64,000 bases of DNA from Trueperaceae bacterium. Its GTDB lineage: Bacteria > Deinococcota > Deinococci > Deinococcales > Trueperaceae. The notes under the pieces were generated by a model, which did no database searches, was not told the origin of the DNA, and saw nothing but the letters and a program-made list of their open reading frames with translations. Both the position numbers and the translations under genes were made by a program. Shown here one piece after another: positions 1-7,511 of this stretch; within the stretch, counting starts at the first letter, position 1, and the number at the start of each line of letters is the position of its first letter. Location: assembly GCA_034520945.1 (NCBI GenBank), contig JAXHNB010000006.1, positions 32,001-96,000 on the forward strand. The letters run 5' to 3'.

Positions 1-1
1 C

Positions 2-1063
2 GACGTCGACGGCGAGCTCCGCCGCGCCGGCTACCCCACCGGCGTGATCCGCATCGACGACCTCTCGCCCGGCACGCACACCCTCACGCTGGAGAGCCGC
101 ACCGGCTGCGACGACGACGCCGATTCCGTCACGATCACGGTCACCGGCGACGCTTCGATGCAGATCGCCTCGCCCAGCGACGGCGCAAGCTACGAGCGCG
201 GCGTGGAGAGCGTGCTGCTGCGCGTCACCACCGAAGGCTTCCCCGACCCGCCCGAGGTGTCCTGGGAGAGCGACGTCGACGGCGACCTCGGCACCAGCAG
301 CGAGGAACTGTCCCACCTCGACCTCTCCTACGGCGACCACACCATCACCGCCACCGCCACCGCGCCCAGCGGCGCTACCCTCAGCGATTCCGTCGACATC
401 ACCATCACCAACCGCCCGCCCAGCGTCGAGATCATCCAGCCCGCGGACGGCGCGAGCTTCTGCGAGGACGAGGACATCGACTTCCGCGCCAGCGTCACAG
501 ACCTCAACGAACTGCCGGACCGCACCGTGCCCCCGAGCGACGTCGACTGGCGCGTCGACGAAGGCGCCCCCTTCGCCACCGGCAAGGACGTCACGCGCGC
601 CTTCGCGTCGAGCGGCACGCGCACCGTCACCGCCCGTGCCACCGACGCCCAGGGCGAGACTAGCGAGACCAGCGTCGCGGTCGAGATCGTCGAATGCAGC
701 GACCAGCCCCCCGACCACGTGGCCATCACCGAACCCCCCGAGGACAGCGGGCCCAGCGACTCCAAGTACGTGCACGACGGCTACGACGAGAGCCGGAACC
801 AGTGGTACACCGACGTCCAACTCGAAGGCGAGGCGACCGACCCCGAGGACGGTACGCTCACCGGCAGCGACCTGATCTGGACCACCGACCGCAGTGATCT
901 GCAGGACCCCGAGCTGGGTACAGGCGAGAGTCTCACCGTCCGCCTGTACGACGACAACGACGCCTGCAGCAGCGACACGCACGCGGTGACGTTCACCGCG
1001 ACCGACAGCGACGGGAACGCGCGAAGTGCGGTCCGTCGCATCACCATCTGGACGTTGTGCTGA
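2..1063 (+). CDS. Secreted/surface acidic protein with tandem Ig-like/PKD-type domains (5' truncated by window)
   Basis: Frame is open from base 2. Repeated modules W-x-SD-x-DG-x-LGT...G-x-HTIT-x-TATD typical of PKD/Big domains; very D/E/T-rich. Confidence 0.75.
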   Translation, partial: DVDGELRRAGYPTGVIRIDDLSPGTHTLTLESRTGCDDDADSVTITVTGDASMQIASPSDGASYERGVESVLLRVTTEGFPDPPEVSWESDVDGDLGTSSEELSHLDLSYGDHTITATATAPSGATLSDSVDITITNRPPSVEIIQPADGASFCEDEDIDFRASVTDLNELPDRTVPPSDVDWRVDEGAPFATGKDVTRAFASSGTRTVTARATDAQGETSETSVAVEIVECSDQPPDHVAITEPPEDSGPSDSKYVHDGYDESRNQWYTDVQLEGEATDPEDGTLTGSDLIWTTDRSDLQDPELGTGESLTVRLYDDNDACSSDTHAVTFTATDSDGNARSAVRRITIWTLC

Positions 1064-1089
1064 CGCTCGCCGCCGATCGAACGTAGGCC

Positions 1090-1119
1090 GAGGGGGCGCG
1101 CTTCGCGGCGCGCCCCCTC
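1090..1119. terminator. GC hairpin between convergent genes (probable bidirectional terminator)
   Basis: GAGGGGGCGCGC-ttcgcg-GCGCGCCCCCTC, 12-bp perfect stem. Confidence 0.55.
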
Positions 1120-1179
1120 TCCATGCCTCCGCGTTTCGAACCTCCGAGGCCTTGAGGCGATGCCGGTACCCCGCGTACC

Positions 1180-1407
1180 TCAGTCCTCCGGCGGCGGCTC
1201 CTCCTGCCGCGCCGTACCCCACTCGTCGCGGTTCTCGATGTCCAGCTGGTAGTCCTCCCACGCCTGCTCGCGCCAGGCGAGCACCTCGTCGGGCGACCCG
1301 CCGTCCGGTGGCGTCAGGCCGGTGCGGGCCGCCAGACGTTCCAGCGGCATCTCCATGAAGTCCTCTCGGGTGAGGCGCGGGGCGTTCACCGGGTCGCGTT
1401 CGGGCAT
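1180..1407 (-). CDS. Small acidic hypothetical protein (75 aa, MPERDPVNAPRLTREDF...)
   Basis: GGAGG Shine-Dalgarno just upstream of ATG 1407; protein-like composition; the ORF-track extension to 1584 looks spurious. Confidence 0.6.
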   Translation of the reverse strand: MPERDPVNAPRLTREDFMEMPLERLAARTGLTPPDGGSPDEVLAWREQAWEDYQLDIENRDEWGTARQEEPPPED

Positions 1408-1498
1408 CGAAGCCTCCCTGAGGGCAGCGTAGGCGCACGGGTTGGCGGCGGCCGTCGTGCAGGCTGCCTCGCGGAGGTGGGGAGATCGCTGCATGGTT

Positions 1499-1629
1499 CG
1501 GTGATGCCCATGGGCATCACCGCCGCCGGAATACCCAACCCTAGAATCGCGATGCGTCAGGGACGATCGTTCTCGTCGCATCACGGGCGAGGATGCGCAC
1601 GTTCGGCCCGCTGATGCCCATGGGCATCA
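1499..1629. promoter_or_regulatory. Two perfect palindromes sharing TGATGCCCATGGGCATCA (putative tandem operators)
   Basis: 24-bp palindrome CGGTGATGCCCATGGGCATCACCG at 1499-1522 and 18-bp copy at 1612-1629, centres 110 bp apart. Confidence 0.6.
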
Positions 1630-1684
1630 AGGGGGCCCCAAGAAGGAGCCACGCACCGCGTGCCCCCGCCCCGCGCCCCGAGCG

Positions 1685-2650
1685 TCAGGCGGTGGGGGTG
1701 TGGCGTTTCAGGAGCGACTGGGCCGCGTGCTCGATGGCGCCGAAGCGGAACTCGAAGCCGGCCTCGCGGAGGCGGGCGGGCAGGACCCGCGTGCTGGGGA
1801 GGATCACCTCGTCGGCCATCCGGCCCAACAGCAGGCGCAGCGCGAAGGCCGGAACCGGCACGAAGGCGGGCCGCCCGAGCGCCCGGGCGATGGCGCGGGT
1901 GATGCGGATCTGCCGCGCGGGTTGTGGGGCGACCACGTTGAACACCCCCGAGGGCGGGTCCGTGCCCACCGCCGGGTCGATCAGGAACAGCAGCGCCCGG
2001 GCCAGGTCGGCGGCGTGGATCCAGGGCCACCACTGCTGCCCGCTTCCCAGCGGGCCACCCACGCCCAGGCGGACGGGCAGAACCAAGCGCCGCCACGCCG
2101 CCGCGTCGCGGGAAAACACCACGCCCAAGCGGGCCACCACCAAACGCGTGATGTCGGCGGCGGGGGCGGCGGCCTCCTCCCAGGCGCGGCCGATCTCGCA
2201 CAGGTACAGGTCGTTGCCGGGCGGCGCGTCCTCGGTGATCAGTTCGTCGCCGCGGTCGCCGTACAGGCCGACGGCGGAGGCCTGCAGCCAGGAGCGGGGC
2301 GGGGCGAAGGTGAGCTCGGCCGCTCGCACCAGGGTGGTGGTGGCGTCCACGCGGCTCTCGCGAATGGCGCGGCGATGACGAGGCCCGAAGCGGCCGTCGA
2401 TGCTGGCGCCCGCCAGGTTGACGATCGCGTCGGTGCCGTCCAGGATGCTGGCCAGGGCCTTGAGCTGGGCGTGATCGTTCTGCCGTGCGGCGCGGGGGTT
2501 CCACGCCACCGCTTCGGTGCCCGGCGGTTCGCGTCCGTCCAGCGTGCGGGTAAGGACGAGCACCCGCCAACGGGGTGCAGCCCGCGCGATCAACGCGCGC
2601 CCGATCACGCCGGACGCGCCGGCGATCACCAGGCTGGGACGGAGCGGCAT
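1685..2650 (-). CDS. TIGR01777/YfcH-family NAD-dependent epimerase-like oxidoreductase
   Basis: GASGVIG Rossmann motif, VNLAGA, ASAVGLYG, GGPLGSGQQWWPWIH; TACGCT box 6 nt before ATG 2650. Confidence 0.9.
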   Translation of the reverse strand: MPLRPSLVIAGASGVIGRALIARAAPRWRVLVLTRTLDGREPPGTEAVAWNPRAARQNDHAQLKALASILDGTDAIVNLAGASIDGRFGPRHRRAIRESRVDATTTLVRAAELTFAPPRSWLQASAVGLYGDRGDELITEDAPPGNDLYLCEIGRAWEEAAAPAADITRLVVARLGVVFSRDAAAWRRLVLPVRLGVGGPLGSGQQWWPWIHAADLARALLFLIDPAVGTDPPSGVFNVVAPQPARQIRITRAIARALGRPAFVPVPAFALRLLLGRMADEVILPSTRVLPARLREAGFEFRFGAIEHAAQSLLKRHTPTA

Positions 2651-2830
2651 GCGCCTAGCGTACCGGTCGGGGGCCCCGCGCGTGCGGCACGGGCCTGGCC
2701 GCCCAAGGTCCGCGGGCGCGACGACGGCGAACCGCAACGTGCACGCCGGCGGGCGGTTCGGATAGGATCGACGAATCCGGCCGGCCGGCGCGCTATGGTG
2801 CGTCCCATCGAAAGATATGGAGGTACTGCC

Positions 2831-2980
2831 GTGGACGAACGTCCGCCCCACGATCCCGATGAGACCCCCCCCGAAGACCAGGACACGCCCAAAGGGGCGA
2901 TCGCAGTGACGTTGTTCCTGGCGGCCACCATCCTGGTGCTGTGGTTCTCCATGTACGCCCTCAACGTGGTGAGGAACTGA
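2831..2980 (+). CDS. cbaD: ba3-type cytochrome c oxidase subunit IIa
   Basis: PKGAIAVTLFLAATILVLWFSMYALNVVRN resembles Thermus subunit IIa (PKGALAVILVL...FWLGVY); GGAGGT RBS; directly upstream of subunit II; not called separately in the ORF track. Confidence 0.85.
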   Translation: MDERPPHDPDETPPEDQDTPKGAIAVTLFLAATILVLWFSMYALNVVRN

Positions 2981-2981
2981 C

Positions 2982-3911
2982 GTGGACGAGCGTCAGCATC
3001 AGCAGATCGCGCGCTGGGAGCGTGCCTGGTTGGCGGTGTCCGGCCTGATGACGCTCATGTTCGTGCTGCTCATCGCCTACAACCTGGCGGTGGAGGGGGC
3101 CCACATCGCGCAGCGGACCGACAAGGCCACGCCCGAGCAGATCCTGGCGCAGGACCTGTTCGCCGAGCCGGGGGTGCGGGCGGCGGGGCCCGGCCGGGTG
3201 CAGGTGACCAGCGTGGCGCAGGCGTTCAACTTCCAGCCGTCCGACATTCGCGTGCCGGTGGGCAGCGAGGTGGAGTTCTACCTCACCAGCCGCGACGTGA
3301 TTCACGGGTTTCAGGTCGAACGGACCAACATCAACGTCGAGGTCATCCCCGGCGAGGTCTCGCGCCTGCACTACACCTTCCGCGAGCCGGGCACCTACCG
3401 CGTCACCTGCAACGAGTACTGCGGCATCGGGCACCACGACATGCTGGGCACGGTCACGGTGGTGCCGGCGTCGCAGTGGCGCGCGCAGGCCGACGAGGCC
3501 GCGCCTGCCGATGACGAGGCGGACGGGGCGCCGGGTGGCGCCGAGGTGTACGCCGCCAACTGCGCGTCCTGCCACCAGGCGCAGGGGCAGGGCATTCCCG
3601 GCGCGTTCCCGCCGCTGGCGGGGCACGCCGCCGACCTGTTGGAGACGCAGGGGCGGGACTACCTCCCGTTGGTGCTGTTGTACGGACTCGAGGGACAGAT
3701 CGAGGTGGAGGGCGCCAGCTACGCCGGGGCGATGCCCGCCTGGGGGCAGTTGTCCGACGGGGCGTTGGCGGCGGTCAGCAACTACGTGCTGGAGGAGCTC
3801 AGCGCTGAGGACCTGCCCGAGGACTTCGAGCCGTACGCCGCCAGCGAGTTCGCCGAGGCGCGCGGGCAGGGCCTGTCCGCGTCCGACGTGCACGCGCGGA
3901 GGACCGAATGA
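2982..3911 (+). CDS. cbaB: ba3-type cytochrome c oxidase subunit II (CuA) fused to a C-terminal cytochrome c552-like domain
   Basis: Single N-terminal TM, DVIHGF and CNEYCGIGHHDM CuA ligands, then linker and CASCH heme c domain (GQGIPGAFPPLAGH, LYGLEGQIEV, AM axial Met). Confidence 0.92.
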   Translation: MDERQHQQIARWERAWLAVSGLMTLMFVLLIAYNLAVEGAHIAQRTDKATPEQILAQDLFAEPGVRAAGPGRVQVTSVAQAFNFQPSDIRVPVGSEVEFYLTSRDVIHGFQVERTNINVEVIPGEVSRLHYTFREPGTYRVTCNEYCGIGHHDMLGTVTVVPASQWRAQADEAAPADDEADGAPGGAEVYAANCASCHQAQGQGIPGAFPPLAGHAADLLETQGRDYLPLVLLYGLEGQIEVEGASYAGAMPAWGQLSDGALAAVSNYVLEELSAEDLPEDFEPYAASEFAEARGQGLSASDVHARRTE

Positions 3912-5596
3912 GCGACATGACCGCGACGAGCGCGACGACGACCCCCCGTTCCGAGGTGACCGGCCTGCGCGGCGAGCGGCGGGTCACCTTCGCCTTCCTG
4001 CTCACCGGGCTGATCGCGCTGCTTGTGGGGGCGCTGTTGGGGCCGCTGCAGGCGCTGAACTACGGCGGCATCGACCTGTACCAGTACCTGCCGTGGCTGC
4101 AGTCGTACTACCAGGGCCTCACCCTGCACGGGGTGCTGAACGCGCTGGTGTTCACCACCTTCTTCAACGCGGGCGTGCTGTTGTACCTGCCGGCGCGGGA
4201 GCTGGACGTGCGCATGAACCTGGGGTTCGTGTGGGCGTCGTACGGGGTGATGGTCGGGGGTCTCGCGATCGCCGGCCTGGCGATCCTGTCGAACACCTCG
4301 AACGTGCTGTACACCTTCTACCCGCCGCTCTCGGGGCACTGGGGGTTCTATCTGGGCTTGGCGCTGGTGGTGGTGGCCAGCCTGATGGTGGCGGCGGAGA
4401 CGCTGCGCCTGCGGCACGCCTGGCGGCGGGCGAACCCCGGCAAGGTCACGCCGATCGTGACGTACATGGCGGTCGCCACGCAGCTGATGTGGATCCTCGC
4501 CTCGGTCGGGATCGTGGTCGAGGTGGTGGTGTTCCTGCTGCCGTGGTCGCTGGGGTGGATTCAGGGCGTCGACCCGGGCTTGGCGCGGACGCTGTTCTGG
4601 TGGACGGGGCACCCCATCGTGTACTTCTGGCTGCTGCCGGCGTACATCAGTTGGTACACGCTGGTGCCGAAGCAGGTGGGGGGCACGCTGGTGTCCGACC
4701 CGCTGGCGCGGCTGGCGTTCCTGATGTTCCTGTTGTTCAGCACGCCGGTCGGGTTCCACCACCAGTTCACCGACCCGGGCATCCCGGCTGGGTGGAAGAT
4801 GGTGCACTCGCTGCTGACCATGTTCGTCGGCATCCCCAGCCTGATCACCGCGTTCACGGTCGCCGCCTCGATGGAGATCGGCGGCAAACGGGCCGGCGGA
4901 CGGGGCGTGTTCGGCTGGATCGGCAAGCTGCCGTGGCGCGATGCGGCGTTCACCGCGCAGGCGTTGGCGATGATCGCGTTCATCTTCGGCGGGGCCGGGG
5001 GGATCGTGAACGCCAGCTTCAACCTCGACATCCTGGTGAACAACACCGCCTGGATCCCCGGGCACTTCCACCTGACCGTCGGCACGGCGGTGACGCTGAC
5101 GTTCTTCGGCATGACCTTCTGGCTGGTGCCGCACCTGACCGGCAAGCGGCTGTTCTCGAACGGCCTGGCGTTGGCGGCGTCGTGGACGTGGTTCGTCGGC
5201 ATGATGGTGTTCGCGCTCGGCATGCACTGGCAGGGCATCCTGGCCGTGCCGCGCCGCGCCCTGATCAGCGCCGCGCCCGAGGGCACCTACGCCGACGCCT
5301 GGCTGCCGATGGTGTTCACGGGCGTCAGCGGCGTGATCCTGCTGGTGGCGGTGGTGCTGTACTTCACGGTGCTGTTCGGGACGCTGTTCGCCCGTTCCAG
5401 CATGAGCGAAGACGAGCGGCCCGCCATCCCGTTCGTCGAGGCCGCGTCGTTCGAGCGGACCGGCCTGCTCAGGCTGCTGGACTCGCTGTACGGCTGGTTC
5501 GCGCTGGCGTGCCTGCTGGTCGCCGTCGCCTACCTTCCGACGCTGATCGACATGCTGCTCAACCAGGTGCCGATCCAGCGGTACCAGCTCTGGTAG
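3908..5596 (+). CDS. cbaA: ba3-type (B-family) heme-copper oxidase subunit I
   Basis: YYQGLTLHGVLNA, FWWTGHPIVYFWLLPAY, GFHHQF, WIPGHFHL motifs. Confidence 0.96.
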   Translation: MSDMTATSATTTPRSEVTGLRGERRVTFAFLLTGLIALLVGALLGPLQALNYGGIDLYQYLPWLQSYYQGLTLHGVLNALVFTTFFNAGVLLYLPARELDVRMNLGFVWASYGVMVGGLAIAGLAILSNTSNVLYTFYPPLSGHWGFYLGLALVVVASLMVAAETLRLRHAWRRANPGKVTPIVTYMAVATQLMWILASVGIVVEVVVFLLPWSLGWIQGVDPGLARTLFWWTGHPIVYFWLLPAYISWYTLVPKQVGGTLVSDPLARLAFLMFLLFSTPVGFHHQFTDPGIPAGWKMVHSLLTMFVGIPSLITAFTVAASMEIGGKRAGGRGVFGWIGKLPWRDAAFTAQALAMIAFIFGGAGGIVNASFNLDILVNNTAWIPGHFHLTVGTAVTLTFFGMTFWLVPHLTGKRLFSNGLALAASWTWFVGMMVFALGMHWQGILAVPRRALISAAPEGTYADAWLPMVFTGVSGVILLVAVVLYFTVLFGTLFARSSMSEDERPAIPFVEAASFERTGLLRLLDSLYGWFALACLLVAVAYLPTLIDMLLNQVPIQRYQLW

Positions 5597-5612
5597 GGGG
5601 GAGGAGCGCGCC

Positions 5613-6128
5613 GTGTTCACGATCCTGTTTTTGTCCTCGGTGATCACCGGTCTGATGGCGACGGGGGTGATGGTCGCCTTCCTGTACCTGCCGGCCGCGT
5701 GGAACGGCATGTACTACGACACGCTCGGCGCGATCGGCACGGTGTGGACGCGCACGCTGGACGTGCGTGCCCGCCTGCTGGGGGCGGTCGCGCTGGGGCT
5801 CGGCGGCATCGCGTTCGCCATGTTCTACGGCGCGTTCGCGCTGATGTTCATGCAGCAGGCCGGCGGGGCGTTCGTGGCGCCCGCCTACGCCATCCTGCCG
5901 GGCCTGCCGACCACGGTGGACCTGTTCTACCCGCTGCTGGGGCTGGTCGGCGGCTTCGGCCACGGCATCTTCATGTCGCTGATCGGCGGGTTCATCGTGA
6001 CCGACTTCCATCCGTTGGCGCGGTTCCGCGACCCGTTCCCGCTGATCGCGTCGTTCCTGATCGGGCACACCGTGTTTGGCGTGGTGGTGATGTTCTTCCA
6101 GCACCAGTTGTTGCAGCTGCTGCTTTGA
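5613..6128 (+). CDS. Integral membrane protein at the end of the cba operon (possible oxidase assembly factor)
   Basis: About 4 TM segments with His residues (GFGHG, LIGHT); GGAGG RBS; 16 bp after cbaA. Confidence 0.7.
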   Translation: MFTILFLSSVITGLMATGVMVAFLYLPAAWNGMYYDTLGAIGTVWTRTLDVRARLLGAVALGLGGIAFAMFYGAFALMFMQQAGGAFVAPAYAILPGLPTTVDLFYPLLGLVGGFGHGIFMSLIGGFIVTDFHPLARFRDPFPLIASFLIGHTVFGVVVMFFQHQLLQLLL

Positions 6129-6154
6129 GGCGCTGAACGCCGGCCGGCCCGCGC

Positions 6155-6820
6155 CTACTCGTCCAGGGCCGCGCCCAACGACAACAGGGCGCGTGCCCGT
6201 TCCAGCTTGGTGTGGCTGGCCGGCACCAGGGCCACCACCGTGCCGATCGCCTCGGCCGCCCGCCGCAGGGCGTCCTCGCGGGCGGCCTCGCCGCCCTCCT
6301 CCGGCGCCACCGCTTCGATCTCGAGCTCGTTCCAGTGCACCGTGCGTTCGGAGGTGGTGCGGCGCGCCGCGACCGCGTCGAAGCTGGCCACCGCCACGCG
6401 CCGGCCTGCGTCCAGCAGGTCGAACAGCCGGCGTTCGGTGGTCAGCTCGAACGCGCCGCGCAAGGAGCGCACGTCGGTGACCATGCCGATGCGTTCGCTG
6501 ATCGCCGCCGGCCACGGGTTCCAAGCCGGCGCGTCGGCGGGGATCTCGTCCTCCAGCTCGTCACGGCGGTGCAGGGCACCCTCGACCGAGCCCAGCGTCT
6601 TCAGGGTCGCCAGCATGCGGCCGTCCGCCATGCGCCGGCGCAGCGCGTACCCGGCGCGCGACAGGCTCAGGCGGGCGTCGTCGTAGTAGCGGTCCTTGTG
6701 CACCACCTGCGAGGCGCGGCCCAACGTCAGGCCCACCGGCTGCAGCGCCGCGGCCAGCACGCCGGCCTCCGGCACCTCCTCCACGGTGAGGGAAAACTTG
6801 AGTTCGGTTTCTTGCGGCAC
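6155..6820 (-). CDS. CYTH-domain (triphosphate tunnel metalloenzyme) protein
   Basis: ETELKF ExExK motif, YYDD..LSRAGYALRRR, ELEIE. Confidence 0.88.
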   Translation of the reverse strand: MPQETELKFSLTVEEVPEAGVLAAALQPVGLTLGRASQVVHKDRYYDDARLSLSRAGYALRRRMADGRMLATLKTLGSVEGALHRRDELEDEIPADAPAWNPWPAAISERIGMVTDVRSLRGAFELTTERRLFDLLDAGRRVAVASFDAVAARRTTSERTVHWNELEIEAVAPEEGGEAAREDALRRAAEAIGTVVALVPASHTKLERARALLSLGAALDE

Positions 6821-6823
6821 GCC

Positions 6824-7384
6824 TCAGCCCCGTCCGAACAGGCGGCGCAGCAGGCCCGCCACGCCGCCGTGACGATCCTCGCCTCCGCGTCGTGCCTCAT
6901 CGTCCCGCCACCCGTCGGTATCGGCTACGTCCTCGTCGCCTCCGACGGTCTCCCCCTCGTCCTCGGCCGCCTCCGCCTCGTCCCGCCCCGCCTCGTCCTC
7001 CGCGTCGGCCTCCGCGAAGGCGCGGGCGTCCAGCAGGTCCTGGTCGATCAGGCGGCCGTCGCCGGCCAGCGACTCGACGTGGTGCTGGAGCTCGTGGGTG
7101 AGGGTCTCCCAGATCTCCTCCTCCCAGTCGAAGTCCGGGTCGTTCTCGGCGATGCGCCGGAACGAGCCCCAATAGAGCGCCACGTGGCGGCCCAGGCCGT
7201 CGTTGCCGCCCAGGAGGTCGTCGGGGCCGGGGTCGAGGTACTCGCCCATGCGCCACACGTCCTGGTAGCCCTCCTCGCGCTTCGCCTCACGCAGGGCGTG
7301 GACCCCCTGCAGGTCGGTCATGAACACCTCGGGGATCTCGTCCACCATGTCGGCCACGCTCTCGCGGAACTGGCGGTAGGTCAC
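6824..7384 (-). CDS. Zincin-like metallopeptidase with acidic C-terminal tail
   Basis: TLTHELQHHVE (HExxH); start GTG 7384 inferred from TACAGT box 6 nt upstream (alternative ATG 7390). Confidence 0.8.
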   Translation of the reverse strand: MTYRQFRESVADMVDEIPEVFMTDLQGVHALREAKREEGYQDVWRMGEYLDPGPDDLLGGNDGLGRHVALYWGSFRRIAENDPDFDWEEEIWETLTHELQHHVESLAGDGRLIDQDLLDARAFAEADAEDEAGRDEAEAAEDEGETVGGDEDVADTDGWRDDEARRGGEDRHGGVAGLLRRLFGRG

Positions 7385-7511
7385 GTCCATACTGTACCGG
7401 CCGGCGCCCTGCGCTCGCGGAATCCGCGCTGCCGACGCTGCTATACTCGCCGCCAACGAAACCCGTCTCGCCCGTCGCCGCCCGGGCCGCCAGGCCGGAA
7501 AGGATCCGGAG

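Noticed and set aside
1552..1614. 20-codon ORF between the two palindromes
   Set aside because: No RBS, the -10 box is too close for leaderless initiation, and there is no other coding evidence.
1499..1629. CRISPR array or mini-array
   Set aside because: Only two short units, about 90 bp of intervening sequence, no third repeat and no cas genes.
7485..7510. SRP RNA domain IV-like string CCAGGCCGGAAAGG
   Set aside because: Lacks the AGCAG strand and flanking long stem; it overlaps the EF-G2 RBS region.
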